NCBI GenBank assembly: GCA_951406725.2
Contig: OX597822.1
Coordinates: 33,418,001-33,482,000 of the forward strand
DNA from: Octopus vulgaris
Taxonomy: Eukaryota
Direction of reading: 5' to 3'
Length of the DNA: 64,000 nucleotides
This document shows, one piece after another, positions 36,567-51,288 of the stretch. Each line of letters begins with the position of its first letter. Position 1 is the stretch's first letter. Below the pieces are notes generated by a model. That model was not told where the DNA came from, made no database searches, and saw only the letters and a list, made by a program, of their open reading frames with translations. The position numbers were made by a program, and so were the translations under genes.

Positions 36567-38285
36567 TTAGGTTGTCTAGGAAGTTCTGAGTGTTTTTTAA
36601 TAGACAAAAAGGGATATAAGTAATTGACATTTCAATAAATCTTATTGAATGAAATAATTTCCATTATTATTAATGACCTCTGCCCATCTCATCATCATCA
36701 TCATCATCGTTTAACGTCCGCTTTCCATGCTAGCATGGGTTGGACAGTTCGACTGGGGTCTTTGAAGCCAGGAGGCTGCACCAGGCCCAGTCTGATCTGG
36801 CAGTGTTTCTACAGCTGGATGCCCTTCCTAATGCCAACCACTCAGTGAGTGTAGTGGGTGCTTTTTACGTACCAGGCGAGGCTGGCAACAGCCACGATCA
36901 GTTGGTGCTTTTTACATGCCACAGCATACAAGTTGACTGGTTTTGAAGACAAAAAGTTACCTACATGCATTTTGACTCAATCTAAATCATTAAGAATTTT
37001 TCCTTGCAATGAGTTCTGTAGAGACAAAGACAAGTGGTAGTCAGATGGTGCAATATCAGAAGAATATGGTGGATGGGGTAAGGGATCCCAGCCAAGTTCA
37101 TGTAACTTTGTTTGGGTAGCCAAAGACACATGTCGGGCATTTTCTTGTTGGAAAACTACACTTTTTCTGTTGGTAATTTCCAACCTCAATTTGATTTTTA
37201 GTTTTAGATTAGCCAGCTGTCAACAGTACACATTAAAATTAATAGTCTGGTTTCATGGGAGAAGCTCATAATAAATATTGCCTTACGATTCCACCAAACA
37301 CAGTGCATAGCTTTTTTGGCATAGATATTCATCTTTGGTTGCTGTTTTGGGGGAATCCTTACGCAAACTCCAAGAGCATTTTCGCACTACATTTTCATAC
37401 ACAATCCATTTTTCATTTCCAGTCACAAGTTGTTTCCATAAAGGTATGCTGTCATTCCATTTCAAAAGCATATCACAAACAGAATACCAGTCTCAGCAAT
37501 TCTTTTCTGAGAATTTGTGGGGGACCCGTATATTATAGCAAGAAATGTATCCTAGCTTCACTAGGTGTTCATAAGCCGTATTTTAAAAAACTTCCAACTC
37601 CTCTGCAAGTTCTCTAGTTGTGATACTCGAGTTTCCTTCGACTTTTGCATTCAAAACATCATCCAATTTTCCACTGCAACTGTCATCTTCCAAGCTTTAA
37701 ATTTTGCAAACCACCTTCGAACACTTGATTCACCTACAGCATCATCACTATAAACTTCACAAATGTTTACGCAAGTCTTTGCAGCATTCTCTCATCATCA
37801 TCATCATCATTTAACGTCCATTTTCCATGCTAGCATGGGTTGGACGCTTCAACCAGGGTCTGGGAAGCCAGGAGGCTGCACCAGGCACCAGTCTGATCTG
37901 GCAGTGTTTCTACAACTGGATGCCCTTCCTAACGCCAACCACTCCATGAGTGTAGTGGGTGCTTTTTACGTGCCACCGGCACAGGTGCCAGGGGAGGCTG
38001 GCAACGGCCATGATTGGTTGATGCTTTTTACGTGCCACCAGCACAGAAGCCAGTCAAAAAAGAAATATACTACAACACAAATATGAAATTTTTGGTTATC
38101 CATTTCAAATGTCAATGAAGAGTAACTGAAATGAAAAATAAATCTATTTTCAGTCAAGAACAAGGAAGGGATTCACTACCACTTCAAGCAACAATAAAGT
38201 TTTAACCGTGTTACATTTCAGGTGTGTTCGATGAAGCATTAAAAGATTTAGGTTAAAAATGCTCAGAACGTTCTCGACAACCTAA
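36567..38285 (-). mobile_element. Mariner (DD34D) transposon relic with two nested SINEs
   Basis: TIRs TTAGGTTGTCTAGGAAGTTCTGAG / CTCAGAACGTTCTCGACAACCTAA with TA flanks; broken transposase motifs LVTGNEKWIVYEN, FQQENARH, HPPYSSDIAPSDYHL. Confidence 0.9.
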
Positions 38286-39379
38286 TATAATGCATGATAT
38301 TTTACAACATAGCCAGGATGTTAAACCATGGAACAAAGAGGCAGTGGACTCAAATCTGTTTATATTTCAGCAGTAACTGCAGTCTAACTACTTTATAAGT
38401 TACAAACCCTAGAATTTCTAACACACACATATAAAGACACACAAGTATGTGTGTGTGTGAGTGTGTGCATACGGGTGTGAGTGTATGTATGAGTGTCAGA
38501 GAGGGGTGAGTGGAGAATCATTAAGTGGACACTAACATCCTGAGCGTTTTTGTAAGCCACTATTTTTTCATAACTATCATTGTGACTATAAGTATCAGTG
38601 TGTATACACACATGCACACACACATACATACACAACAAAAATTTATACATGCATACACACACAAATTTATATACACACATACTTACACACACACACACAC
38701 AATACATATATGTATTATATAATATTTGCACTCACACTTGTGTGTGTGTATGTGAGAGAGAGAGAGATAAAGGATAGATATATAAGAGAAAGAGTGAATA
38801 TCTGTTCAGGTTGGGTAACTTCAACACAGAAAAATATTTGAGGCATAGCCAACTTACTAGATGTTTACATGAGTGTGTGTGTGTGTGTGTGTCTATGTGT
38901 GTGTGTATTTATATTATATATCAACATAGATAGACAGACAGGTAGATAGATATTGTTTGTTTTTATATAATAACAAAATCAATTTTACATTAGACTGAAG
39001 GATTACTCAATACATTTGGTAGAGTATAAATTTATTGCTACTTAACAAGTACAGCATTGACAGTGACTTCAAAGTTTCAGCCAGCTAAGCCCCATACATC
39101 TATATGAGGAACAGCTTTTCTTTAATGCATGGTTCATTAAATAAACGACTATATTCAATTTTTATTATTTTTCTATATATATTTTTTAGTATCTTGCAAA
39201 TTTTCTAAATTAGCTTTTTTTGACAGTTGGTATAGAACAAAAGAGTTTCCAAATCCATATCCAACGATTCCAGACCTTCACAGTCTCATTAGCAAGAATT
39301 GAATTGAATATATTTGACACTTGTATTGTTTCTTATATCCTGGTTGAATTTGTGTATATATACGTCTGTATGTGCATAC

Positions 39380-39425
<46 letters not shown>

Positions 39426-39665
39426 ATAAATATTAGGAATAAATCCAAACTTACAGGGTAAAATCAGATTTAGGATTGAATCCAATTTTATAGTAAAATA
39501 TTATATTATATTAAATTAGAGACAAAACCACTATTAGGCAAATCAAACAATGAAAGACTTAAGCCAATACATAAATTAATTTATATTATTTAAATATGTA
39601 ACAATTATTAAAAAATATAATTAATATCCACTACGATCGTTTCCTGTCTTCTGTCATCAAATTTA

Positions 39666-39712
<47 letters not shown>

Positions 39713-40011
39713 ATTAAAATGAGGGTGAGAAATTACATATTAATTTAATTAACATCGATTTCACACCAGTGGTGTAGCATATAAAAACTGAAGGTTCATA
39801 GTAAAATTGTATTATATATGTATTGTATTATATATATAAACCATATATATATGGTTTGCGAAACTATGCATAGTCCAGGAAAGATAGGGTAAATGTTTTT
39901 ATTTTTCATTCCCTTTCAGAATTGCAACTATTAGTGGCTTGGAGTTTTAACTGCTCTTTCTAGTGAGTCAGATGTCCTATTATGGTCACCTCTTATGTGT
40001 TTAAATGTACA

Positions 40012-40067
<56 letters not shown>

Positions 40068-40074
40068 ATATATA

Positions 40075-40229
40075 CAGGTGGCCCAAAATTAGGTTTACGA
40101 TTATTCAACTATCTTTTTCACATTCATATATTAATAGTTTGCATCTTAATTATAAATAATATGAAACCATTATTCTATGCTAATTTGAAGTGACTACATA
40201 ACTGTAAACCTACTTTTGGGCCAGCCTTG
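40075..40229. mobile_element. Tc1/mariner-type MITE
   Basis: TIRs CAGGTGGCCCAAAATTAGGTTTAC / GTAAACCTACTTTTGGGCCAGCC within TA repeats. Confidence 0.7.
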
Positions 40230-40272
<43 letters not shown>

Positions 40273-40374
40273 AACACGCACACACACACACGCTATATTT
40301 TGTTATATAGTCCTAACTATATCAGCATAGAAAAAAGACATGATGATGATGATGACGATGATAACATTATAATC

Positions 40375-40418
<44 letters not shown>

Positions 40419-40714
40419 CATCATTATAATTAAGGCATTGAGCTGGCAGAATTTTTAGCATGGCATGCAAGATGCTCAGCAGCATTCCATCCCTCCTATA
40501 TTTCCTGAGTGGAGATGCCACCGGGGTCGACTTTGCTTTTCAGCCCTTTCAGGGTTGATGAAAAATGTACCTGTCAAGCCCATTGCTGGCCTTGCACCAA
40601 AATTTGAAACCATAATCATCAATATCATCATCATCATCATTATTATTATTATAATCATAATATTAATCAGAATTTTTAAAACCAGCAAATTTTGCAAAGC
40701 ACCATATAGTTTAC

Positions 40715-40816
40715 CTTTTTGATGTCCCCACCAGAACCGAGTTGGTCGTTGTTTTTGTTATTGTTTTTATCGCTATCCAGCGATGGGATAAGGTTGTTTA
40801 TCGTATACAGAGCCAT
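40715..40816 (-). CDS. Candidate alternative first coding exon of the NKCC1-like gene (MALYTINNLIPSLDSDKNNNKNNDQLGSGGDIKK)
   Basis: ATG in good Kozak context (ACTATGG), in-frame TAG 9 nt upstream, 34 open codons, AAG|GTAAAC phase-0 donor compatible with the exon at 34961; unique non-repeat sequence; no homology support. Confidence 0.5.
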
Positions 40817-42146
40817 AGTAAACTAGATTCCCAACTGCAGCTTACCAAATGCAAAAACAGTAAAAACAGTAATATGTCACCTTCCCACACTATTATTAGA
40901 ATTTAGTTCAGAGAAGTACCACAGTGGTAGGTATGTTGTTGAGTTTGCTTATTATTCGGCTCTCACCTATAAATGTGCTGCCAAGAGATAGGATCGTGGT
41001 GGTGGCGGTGGGGGGAACAGGTGATAAACAGAACAACAGAGACAGCCTTGAGTTGTAAGCATCCTCGTCGCAAGAAAGCATATTAACAGTAAACAGGTAT
41101 CAGTTCCAGTATCATCATCATGCCCATCATGTTCACAAGCACAGGCATAGCTGTGTGGTTAATTAAGCTCACTTTGCAACCAGGTGATTTCAGGTTCAGT
41201 CCTACTGCATGGCACCTTGGGTAAGTGTCTTTTACAATAGCCGATGCCTTGTGAGTCAATTTGTCAAATGGAAACTTTGTGTGAAGCTCATCATATATGT
41301 GTGTGCATGTGTGTCTGTGTGTCTGTGTGTGTGTGTGTGTGTGTGTATGTGTGTGTTTGTGTTTCATGTTACACTATGGAGGGATATGCTTTCACTGAGG
41401 AAGGTTTACATAATGGACGCATTTCTTATTAATATTATGCAAAATTGAAACATACATATTAAATGATTTACCATTTGGTGTCATTTCATTATTACAACTA
41501 TCTCCGCCTTCCCTACTTTTAGAATTTCCTCTGTTTCCGAAACAGAGTGCCTGCTCGAAACATTAAACCATTTTTCTTTCCTTCCCTGAGCATCTGCTAA
41601 TGCTTTACATGTACCACGTCCTCGCATTGTTGTTTTTCTTTTTGTTTGTTCTTCTTTTTTGGATTTACTATATATATACACACACACACATATAAGTCCT
41701 CATTAGGGATCGTATAATCCAAGGTATTCCACTGGTTCAATCCATATATAATGGTAAAGTATATTTCACTTTGGATTTGGTTTGCAAGATTCTTTCTGTG
41801 AGTTCGTGTGTTGAAGCATATTTTGTTGTGTCTGGGGAGAATTATTCTCTTTTGGTGCATTATTATTTAACACATTGAAAAGGCTGCAAGACGCTATGAA
41901 CATTTTAGGAAAAAAACATAGATAAGTAAATGAGTGGAAACTTTACCAGTGAGTGTATTAAATAATAAGGCATTAAAAGAGAATGACTCTCTCTTGACAC
42001 AACATCATTTGTATATATTTAGGATTGTTGAAATTGAAGCAAATTGAGGGAAAAACAAGAAGAAAATGGAGAATAAATGGATGTAATTACTGATTTATTT
42101 GCATGTTGTAGAAAGATGATTTTTAAAAAAAATAAAGCTCTCATAT

Positions 42147-42560
42147 AGGCGCAGGAGTGGCTGTGTGGTAAGTAGCTTGCTAACCAACCACATGGTTCCG
42201 GGTTCAGTCCCACTGCATGGCATCTTGGGCAAGTGTCTTCTGCTATAGCCCCGGGCCGACCAATGCCTTGTGAGTAGATTTGGTAGATGGAAACTGAAAG
42301 AAGCCTGTCATATATATGTATATATATATATATGTATGTGTGTGTTTGTGTGTCTGTGTTTGTCCCCCTAGCATTGCTTGACAACCGATGTTGGTGTGTT
42401 TACGTCCCTGTCACTTAGCAGTTCGGCAAAAGAGACCGATAGAATAAGTACTGGGCTTACAAAAAAGAATTAGTCCTGGGGTCGATTTGCTCGACTAAAG
42501 GTGGTGCTCCAGCATGGCCGCAGTCAACTGACTGAAACAAGTAAAAGAGTAAAAGAGTAT
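42147..42560 (+). mobile_element. tRNA-derived CORE-like SINE (copies also ~85-465, 16305-16675, 18620-19400, 30422-30850, 45760-46160, 53073-53500, 57560-57940, 61095-61410)
   Basis: A box TGGCTGTGTGG, B box GGTTCAGTCCC, CORE-like CTTGGGCAAGTGTCTT, internal TA/TG microsatellite, GAGTAAAA tail. Confidence 0.85.
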
Positions 42561-42874
42561 ATGATGGTGGCAAGTAAAAAGCACCATTCAAGCGTGATCA
42601 TTGCCAGTGTCCCCTAACTGGCTCCTCTGCCAGTGGTATGTAAAAAGCACCGTTGGAGCATGGTCAATACCAGTCACACCCGACTGGCTCTCATACCAGT
42701 TGCATGTAAAAAGCACCCACTACATACTTGGAGTGGTTGGTGTTAGGAAGGGCATGGCATCCAGCTGTAGAAACTCTGCCAGATCAGATCGGAGCCTGGT
42801 GCAGCCTTCTGGCTTGCCAGCCGTCAGTCGAACCGTCCAACCCATGCCAGCATGGAAAGCAGGCGTTAAACAAC

Positions 42875-42907
<33 letters not shown>

Positions 42908-43005
42908 AACAAATTTAAAAAAATTGGAAGTTGAAATCTCAAAAAAGTTAAGAGAAATACCTGTGATGGAATTACAATGAAGAACTCTTTTATTACAAAA
43001 ATATG

Positions 43006-43059
<54 letters not shown>

Positions 43060-43086
43060 ATGTGTGTGTGTGTGTGTATGTATGTA

Positions 43087-43151
<65 letters not shown>

Positions 43152-43170
43152 GTGTGTATGTATGTATGTA

Positions 43171-43201
<31 letters not shown>

Positions 43202-43214
43202 ATGTATGTATGTA

Positions 43215-43339
<125 letters not shown>

Positions 43340-43722
43340 GTGTGTGTGTGTGTATGTGTATGTATGTATGTATGTATTACTGATACCATGTACTTCATAT
43401 GTTTTGTTCATCTAATTATTAGCTGTGAGATTTGTCCAGAAGCACATAAACAAAACACACAAAAAAAAAAACACGTAAAAAGCATCCAGTCCACATTGTA
43501 AAGTGGTTGGCATTTGGAAGGGCATCCAGCTGTAAAAGCCAAGCCAAAACTGACCTCGCTTGTGCTCATGCCACATAAAAAAAAGGGCATCCAGCTGTAA
43601 AAAAAAACCATGTCGTCGAAATAGCCACAGTAGCCAGGTGCAGTTTTCTGCTTGGCTGGCTGTTGTCAAACCATCCAAACCATTGCCAACATGGAAGGCA
43701 ATGATGACAATGGTGATGATAG

Positions 43723-43780
<58 letters not shown>

Positions 43781-44776
43781 TTAAGTATGTGGCACAATTA
43801 ATGTTTACATTATTAAAGCTGCTGATCATACAAACATTTAAAAATACATAATTATGAAATGAACTCAATTAGTCCCAGGTGTGTTCATATGAGTAAAGAT
43901 ACGATTATGATGAACTTGCTATCATACTGATAGTGGGGGGGTGTCCATCCTTATCTGTCTATCCATAGTCACTCCTTATAATGTGGAATAGCCCTAGCCT
44001 AGACACATCCTTTCACCCCCACCCCCATCACCTTTCAATTTTATGCCCCCTTTTTCTCAATAACCATTATTAATATTCCATTCCTTATCCCTTGTTGTCT
44101 GCTATACACCCCATCCTCTCCTCTTACCAGCCCCGTAACTTCACTTAGAATCATTGCCCACTCTCTCTTCTTCATTTCTTCATTTAGAGGGGCTACTTTA
44201 AGCCCTTGGCCTTGAAGTTACAAGGAGACCATCACAAGTACTGGTACCACAAAAAGATGCATTGTGTACACTCTGTAAAGTGAGTGGCATTAGAAACATC
44301 ATTCAGTCATAGAAACTGTGTCAAAAGAAGCACTGGAGCATGCTGCAGTGCTCTGATTCACCAGAATCTATCAAACCATTCAACCTATTCCAGCATGAAA
44401 ACTGGATGTTAAATAATAATGAGTATATACAAGGCACTGGTTATATTTAGTGTGAAGTTAATTATCTCCCCTGTGTTTCTCTGTCTTTTCCTGAATGCAG
44501 TGAACACAGTTACCAAATCATCTTGCAGGTTTTAACAAGTTGATAGATGATGAAATAAATTAATATTTTGGCCAGGAAACCCTGGATAGCAATATTTCAG
44601 AAGGTTTGAGCTTTTTACTATAATTATATATATATGTGTGTGGGGAGTGGCAGGTCAAAAAATAGAAATGACAATTCCTCTGTCAACTAAAACAAGTTGA
44701 AGTAGGATTTGCACTCCAACCTCATAAAACCCTCACCAGCAATAACAACCCTAACGACTTATGGATACTTAGATGA

Positions 44777-44813
<37 letters not shown>

Positions 44814-44961
44814 GAACGACTTTTCTATTTAAAGATGTTGTACTGAAAACATGACTGCTCTAACTTAAACTTTTTAATTAATTATAGTTTAAAGTTTCTT
44901 TCTATATGGTTATCAGAACCTTATAATTAGTTTAGAACAATAAAGTTCCTAAATTCATCTT

Positions 44962-45002
44962 TATCAACATTTCCAGGTTATCTCAGCCCCATCTTCAGGA
45001 TA
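44962..45002 (-). ncRNA. Minimal hammerhead-like motif, CpG-decayed
   Basis: UAUC-CUGAAGA-UGGGGCUGAGAUAACCUG-GAAA-UG-UU-GAUA. Confidence 0.5.
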
Positions 45003-48000
45003 TACATTACTTCAGGCTCCAGTGCTGTCCTTTCTATATTCTATATTCTAACTGTTTGTAGGTGGTTTGGTTACAATACTTATGGTGTTCTGTTCTTATG
45101 AATATTTTTAGTAATGTATTAATCCATTCTATAATAAAAATGCATTTGGTTATACGTATATGAGTGAGGATTGTGTGCTTTTTCATGGTTGTTATATCTG
45201 CATTTATACCTGTGTGGGTGAATTTGCTCTTGTATTGTTGCACAGCTTGGTCTAGAAATATGTAAAAATATCTGTTATCAACTCATATTTATTTAAATTT
45301 TATGATTTCCTTATTACAAGACAGAAATACAAACAAAACTAAATAGAAAAAAAAAACTATCATCCTATATTAATTCCACAAAAAAATATATCTTGATTAG
45401 CTATGGAAATCCTATTATTGATAAAATACAAATCAAAACTCAGTAGGTGTATTTAGCACTGATGGAATAAATTATGAAAGTGATTTAGAGTAAAGAGATA
45501 AATGTGACTAGGATTTTATTAGTTACATTATTCTCACCATGTTTTACTACCTACAAAAAAAGTGTGGCAATAACACCACTATCACTGCTTTGTTTAGCAT
45601 TTGAGACTCTGAGAAAGTCTAAAACAGTTAATGGACTGAAGTAACAGCATTGACTTCATCAAAATATAAAGGACTAAGAATGAATTATCAGAAATCATTG
45701 CATGTGGAAGGGAAGGTGTATGTCAATATGAAATGGGATGTTGAGTTACATCCCCTTACTATTTTACTCGTTTCAGTCATTTGACTGTGGACATGCTGGA
45801 GTACCACCCCTAGTTGAGCAAATTGCCACCAGGACTTATTCTTTGGAAGCCTAGTACTTATACTATCGTTTGCTTTTGCCGAACCACTAAGTTACGGGGA
45901 CATAAACATACCACCATCAATTGTCAAACAATGTTGGGGGACAAACAAAAACACGCAAACATATACACACACACATACACATATATATACAAATATACGA
46001 CAGGCTTCTTTCAGTTTCCGTCTACCAAATCCATTCACAAGGCTTTGGTTGGCCCGAGGCTATAGTAGATGACACTTGTCCAAGGTGCCACACAGTGGGA
46101 ATGAACCCGGAACCATGTGGTTGATAAGCAAGCTTCTTACCACACGGCCACTCCTGCACCTATATAAAAAAAAAATCTTAATGCCTCAATAAATAAAAAT
46201 AAATTTAAAGAACAATCAAACTGCTACAAAACCTTGGAAGGTAGTACTTTAGTATAGCCATACCACAATGATAAAAGCCAGTTAAAATAGAAATAAATAA
46301 TACCAAAGTAAAATAGTATCTCAAGAAATGGATTATGAAGCGCGAATTAACTCTTATGAAAACATAGGTGTTTTTTGTTTTCCTCTTTTAATGACGGCAA
46401 ATCATTTTCAATTTATATCTAGAATAGAAACCATGAATATGAGAAAAGAAATAGCTGTCAAAAGAAAACTAAGATAATACTGCAAAGTAAAAAGACGAAT
46501 GTCATATTTTCTTCACATTATTATCATGTGATAGAAAATTAATTTTATTGTCATTCAAGAAGTGCCCCTTGTTTCCAGCTTCCTGTGAAAACCTGTTGTA
46601 CCCTTCGTGAAATATTATTTTCTACTCTATGCACAAAGCCCGAAATTTTTGGGGAGGGGGCCAATCGATTAGATCGAACCCAGTATACAACTGGTACTTA
46701 ATTTATCAACCCAGAAAGGATGAAAGGCAAAGACGACCTAGGTGGAATTTGAACTCAGAGCGTAAAGACAGATGAAATACCGATAAGCATTTCTGGCGTG
46801 CTAAAGTTTCTGCCAGCTCGCCGCCTTTCATGGAGAAATATTACCTTACTTGGAAACGGATGAGGGCTGGGGACAGGAAAGGCATCCAGCCATAGAAAAA
46901 TCATCAGTGAATAATCAGCAAATCCACCCAAACCATTCAAGCATGGAAAAGTGCCCATTAAAAACAACAATGATGATGATGATATATATACATATATATA
47001 TATATATACATACATATATATATATATATATACATACACACTTATATATATATATACATACACACTTATATATTGTTCATCCATCTAATGTACTTTTACA
47101 ACTCAGCAGTATGTTGCATGTGTGATCAGGGAGTGGGATGTTGGACTGAATCAGCAAGACTTATTATGGTTAAAATTCACAGAAAAAAAAAATTCATTGA
47201 CTTTACCATGGGAATTAGTAAATCAGAGTGTTTCAGACAGAATCCTTCTTCAAGGAAAAAGGAGAGAAAATACAAAACAAGTTTTACAACCTCTGAATTA
47301 AAAAAAAAAAAATTTATTAAAAAAAAAACCTGGTTGTGACAGTTATATGTATGTGTTTGTACATAAATATATAAATACATATGTATGCATACACACATAT
47401 ACACTGGTCTCATTGAATTTCTAATGCTGAATTCTCTCTTTACCTCTCTACAGCCTGTACAATATCATAGTGGGCTCTCTTGTAATAAGCCTGCTAGCTA
47501 CGCCCAACCCTCCACTTGAAAATTGTGTTTTGCACTTGCCTTCCTGCTTCTCACTACTAACTTTTGTTTTTTTCTAAATTCCACATCAGATATTAAATAC
47601 AGTTCTCCATCCTCAGGAAATTTCTTGTCTCCCAGCTGTTCTTGCAATACACAATACTGAATGGTGCCAAGTACCATGCCAACTACATCAATTTCTCTCG
47701 TAACTTCCAACACACCTGATGTATCAATGTGCCAAAAGATTAGTCGACACACTAATTGGGGTACAAACAGACACATCAGGTGATGGACTTTATGTATGTA
47801 TGTATCATCATCATCATCATCATCGTCATTGTTTAGTGTCCGCTTTCCATGCTAGCATGGGTTGGACGATTTTGACTGAGGGCTGGAAAATCAGATGGCT
47901 GCACCAGGCTCCATCTTTATCTGGCAGAGTTTCTACACCTGGATGCCCTTCCTAACGCCAACCACTCCGAGAGTGTAGTGGGTGCTTTTTACGAACCACT

Positions 48001-50730
48001 GGCATGGGCGCCAGTCAGGCGGTACTGGCAACAACCTCGCCCGAATCTTTTTACACGTGCCACCGGCACAGGTGCCAGTGAAGCGACGTTGGTAACGATC
48101 ATGCTCGAATGGTGCCCTTTTACATGCCATGGGTACGGAATCCAGTTGGCTTCTCTTGCAACAATCATGCTCGGATTAGCACCCTTTTAGTACATGCACA
48201 AGTGCCAGTAAGGTGACGCTAGTAACGATCATACTCGAATGGTGCCCTTTTATGTGCCACTGGCACAGAAGCCGGTTAGCCGCTCTATCAACGATCACAC
48301 TTGTATGGTGCTGTTTGCACCCCGCTAGCACGGATGCCAGTCATCGAATTGGCTTTGGTTTTGATTTCACTATGCATATATAGCTTTATATGTTTATGTA
48401 TTTGTTTTGTTGCAGGATTCCAAATGTGAAATCAAGGGTCAAAACAGATATTGTTATATTTTGGGATGGTCCTTATTTTTTTCTTGCCAAATAAGCACAG
48501 GCATAGCTGTATGGTAAGTAGCTTGCTCATGATCAGAGACGCTCATGTTGTCAGCCACTAAAGGACATGCTCAACTGGTTACGGTCAAACAACTGACAAG
48601 CAAATCTGTGGTATTGAGCAGAATATTTGCTGCAGCCCATCTTTTATACCAAGACAAAACAATGTACATGATAACACTTCCACTCAGTTAAGATCAAAAG
48701 CCATGAGAGCCACTGCCTGGTACTGCATGAGGGCATTTATTATTATCATTATTATTATTATTATTATTATCATTATTATTACACTGCGTGCGTAAGCAAA
48801 AGTAGGGTATTGTAATCTCCCATGCTTGTCTGCATGTGCAAAATTACAGGAAAACAGCTGAACCGATTTTCACCACATTTGGCAGACATACTCATTGGGT
48901 GAGTAGCTTGAAATGATGAACATCTAGTTTGATTATGCAACTGTGTGTGTGCACATGCACACATGTTTGTTGAGTGATGGATTCGAGGGTTTCATTTATT
49001 TACGACATGATTTCTTAATTTCACCAGAGTATAAATACCCATAATGGTGATAATTTATTACTAGATTTCTTAGTTTTACCAGAGTATAAATAACTATAAT
49101 GGTGATAGTTAAACAAAAATAAAATTTAATTGCATTTACAAATTTCCTGATGAGTAAAGGCCATATTATTTTGTTCACTTTCTTTTTCATAGGAATCAAC
49201 CCTCGTCTGCATGATAGATCATGGTGTATTTATGCTTGAATACACGTGTGTGTACATACATACACAAATAAATACATACACAGATATGAGTGTGTGTGTG
49301 TGTGTAGTAGTAGTGGATTTGACAGTTTTGTTTATTTACGAGTTGATTTCTTAATTTCACTGGAGTATAAATACCAATAATGGTGATACTCAAAAGAAAT
49401 TTTTTAAATTAAAACAAATCAGTTAAGTTAAAAAGCATGGGTAAGCAACACATTATAAGCCACTCTATAATATGTGAGAAAATTTATCTGTGCACAGGAT
49501 ATGCATTGCTCTTCCAATGCCTTTTCTTCTCATCATCATCATTATTATTATTATTATTATTATTATGATTATTTTTATAATTATTACTGGCAGAATGGTA
49601 AGCGTGCTAGGCAAAATACTTAGCTGTATTTTGTCTCTCTTTTCTCATCATCATCATTATTATTATTATGATTATTTTTATAATTATTACTGGCAGAATG
49701 GTAAGCGTGCTAGGCAAAATACTTAGCTGTATTTTGTCTCACTTTATGTTCTGAGTTCAAATTCTGTGGAGGTCATATTTGTCTTTCATCACTTCAGGGT
49801 CAATAAAATAAGTACCAGTCGAGCACTGGGGTCAATGTAATCAACTAACCCCTTCTCCCTAAATTAGCAGCATTACAATAGCTCCTACTTTTAAGTTGAG
49901 GCGATGAGGAGGCATACCAGGTGGAGCGAGTGAGTTTATGAATTCGAATGGATAGTTCTGAACCTCCTCTTCATTATTGCAGGACACTGAATCTGTGCTT
50001 AAGTACGTTTTAAGTGCCTCTGGTATAATACTAAGAACTTTTTCATTTATTGCAAAACTGAATTTCTAGGAAATAAAATTACTTGTTTTTCCATTTCTTC
50101 TGGCGTGCAGTTGTTGAAAATTTCTGGGTATAAATGTACAACTTGAAACAGAAAAGAATGAAGTAATAAATGGATTTATGAATGAAAGTTTGGTAATTGT
50201 GTTTATTTCCACCACATGACACTTATTGCTGCAAACATGTTTTAACTAACCTATACTATACACACACAAATAGATTCATATATATATGTCTCGAGTTGTA
50301 GCTGTAATTCAAAGGGGCCAGCCTTGTCATATTCTGTGTGAAGCTGAATCTCCCTGAGAACTATGTTAATGTTATGGATGTCTGTGGAGTACTCAGCCAT
50401 TTGTGAGTTAATTATATCCTCGTGTGGTAATGGAAATTGAAATGGACAGCCAATATTTGCTGTGTCTATATATCTATGTATGAACTTTTCTTTGGATTTA
50501 TGTATCTACTTCTCTTGCGATGTGATAAACATTTAAAAACACAAAACGAACACTGTCACCACTCACTCTCTCTCTTTTCTCTCTCACTTTCTCACTCTCT
50601 GCCACGCTCTCTTTCTCTCTTACTTCTCTAATCTCCTCTCTCTCGCTTTGCCACTTCTTTGAAGTGTGACGCACACAATAAGTACATACAAAAACAAAAA
50701 GTTAGTGTATTAATATTATTGATGATGATG

Positions 50731-50810
<80 letters not shown>

Positions 50811-51244
50811 CCTTTCTACTACAGGCACAAGGTCTGGAATTTGTGGGGAGGGGGATAGTCAATCACATTGACCCCAGAGTTTCACTGACACTTAATTTAT
50901 TGACCCTGAAAGGACGAAAGGCAAAGCCAACCTCAGCAGAATTTGAACTTAGAACATAAAGACAGACGAAATGCCGCTAAGCATTTTGTCTGGCATGCTA
51001 ACAATTCTGCCAGCTTGTAACCTTAGTAATAATCCTTTCTACTACAAGCACAAGGCCTGAAATTTGGAGGAGGGGATAGTCAATAACATCGACCCTAGTA
51101 CTCAGCTAGTACTTAATTTATCGACCCTGAAAAGGATGAAAGGTAAAGTTGACCTCAGCGGAATTTGAACTCAGAATGTAGCGGCAGACAAAATACCACT
51201 AAGCATTGTTCACAGCATGCTAATGATTGTAGCAGCTCACTGCC

Positions 51245-51288
<44 letters not shown>

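Noticed and set aside
47200-47260. ATG|GTAAAG donor on the minus strand as another possible first exon
   Set aside because: Only a donor-like match; there is no promoter or coding support.
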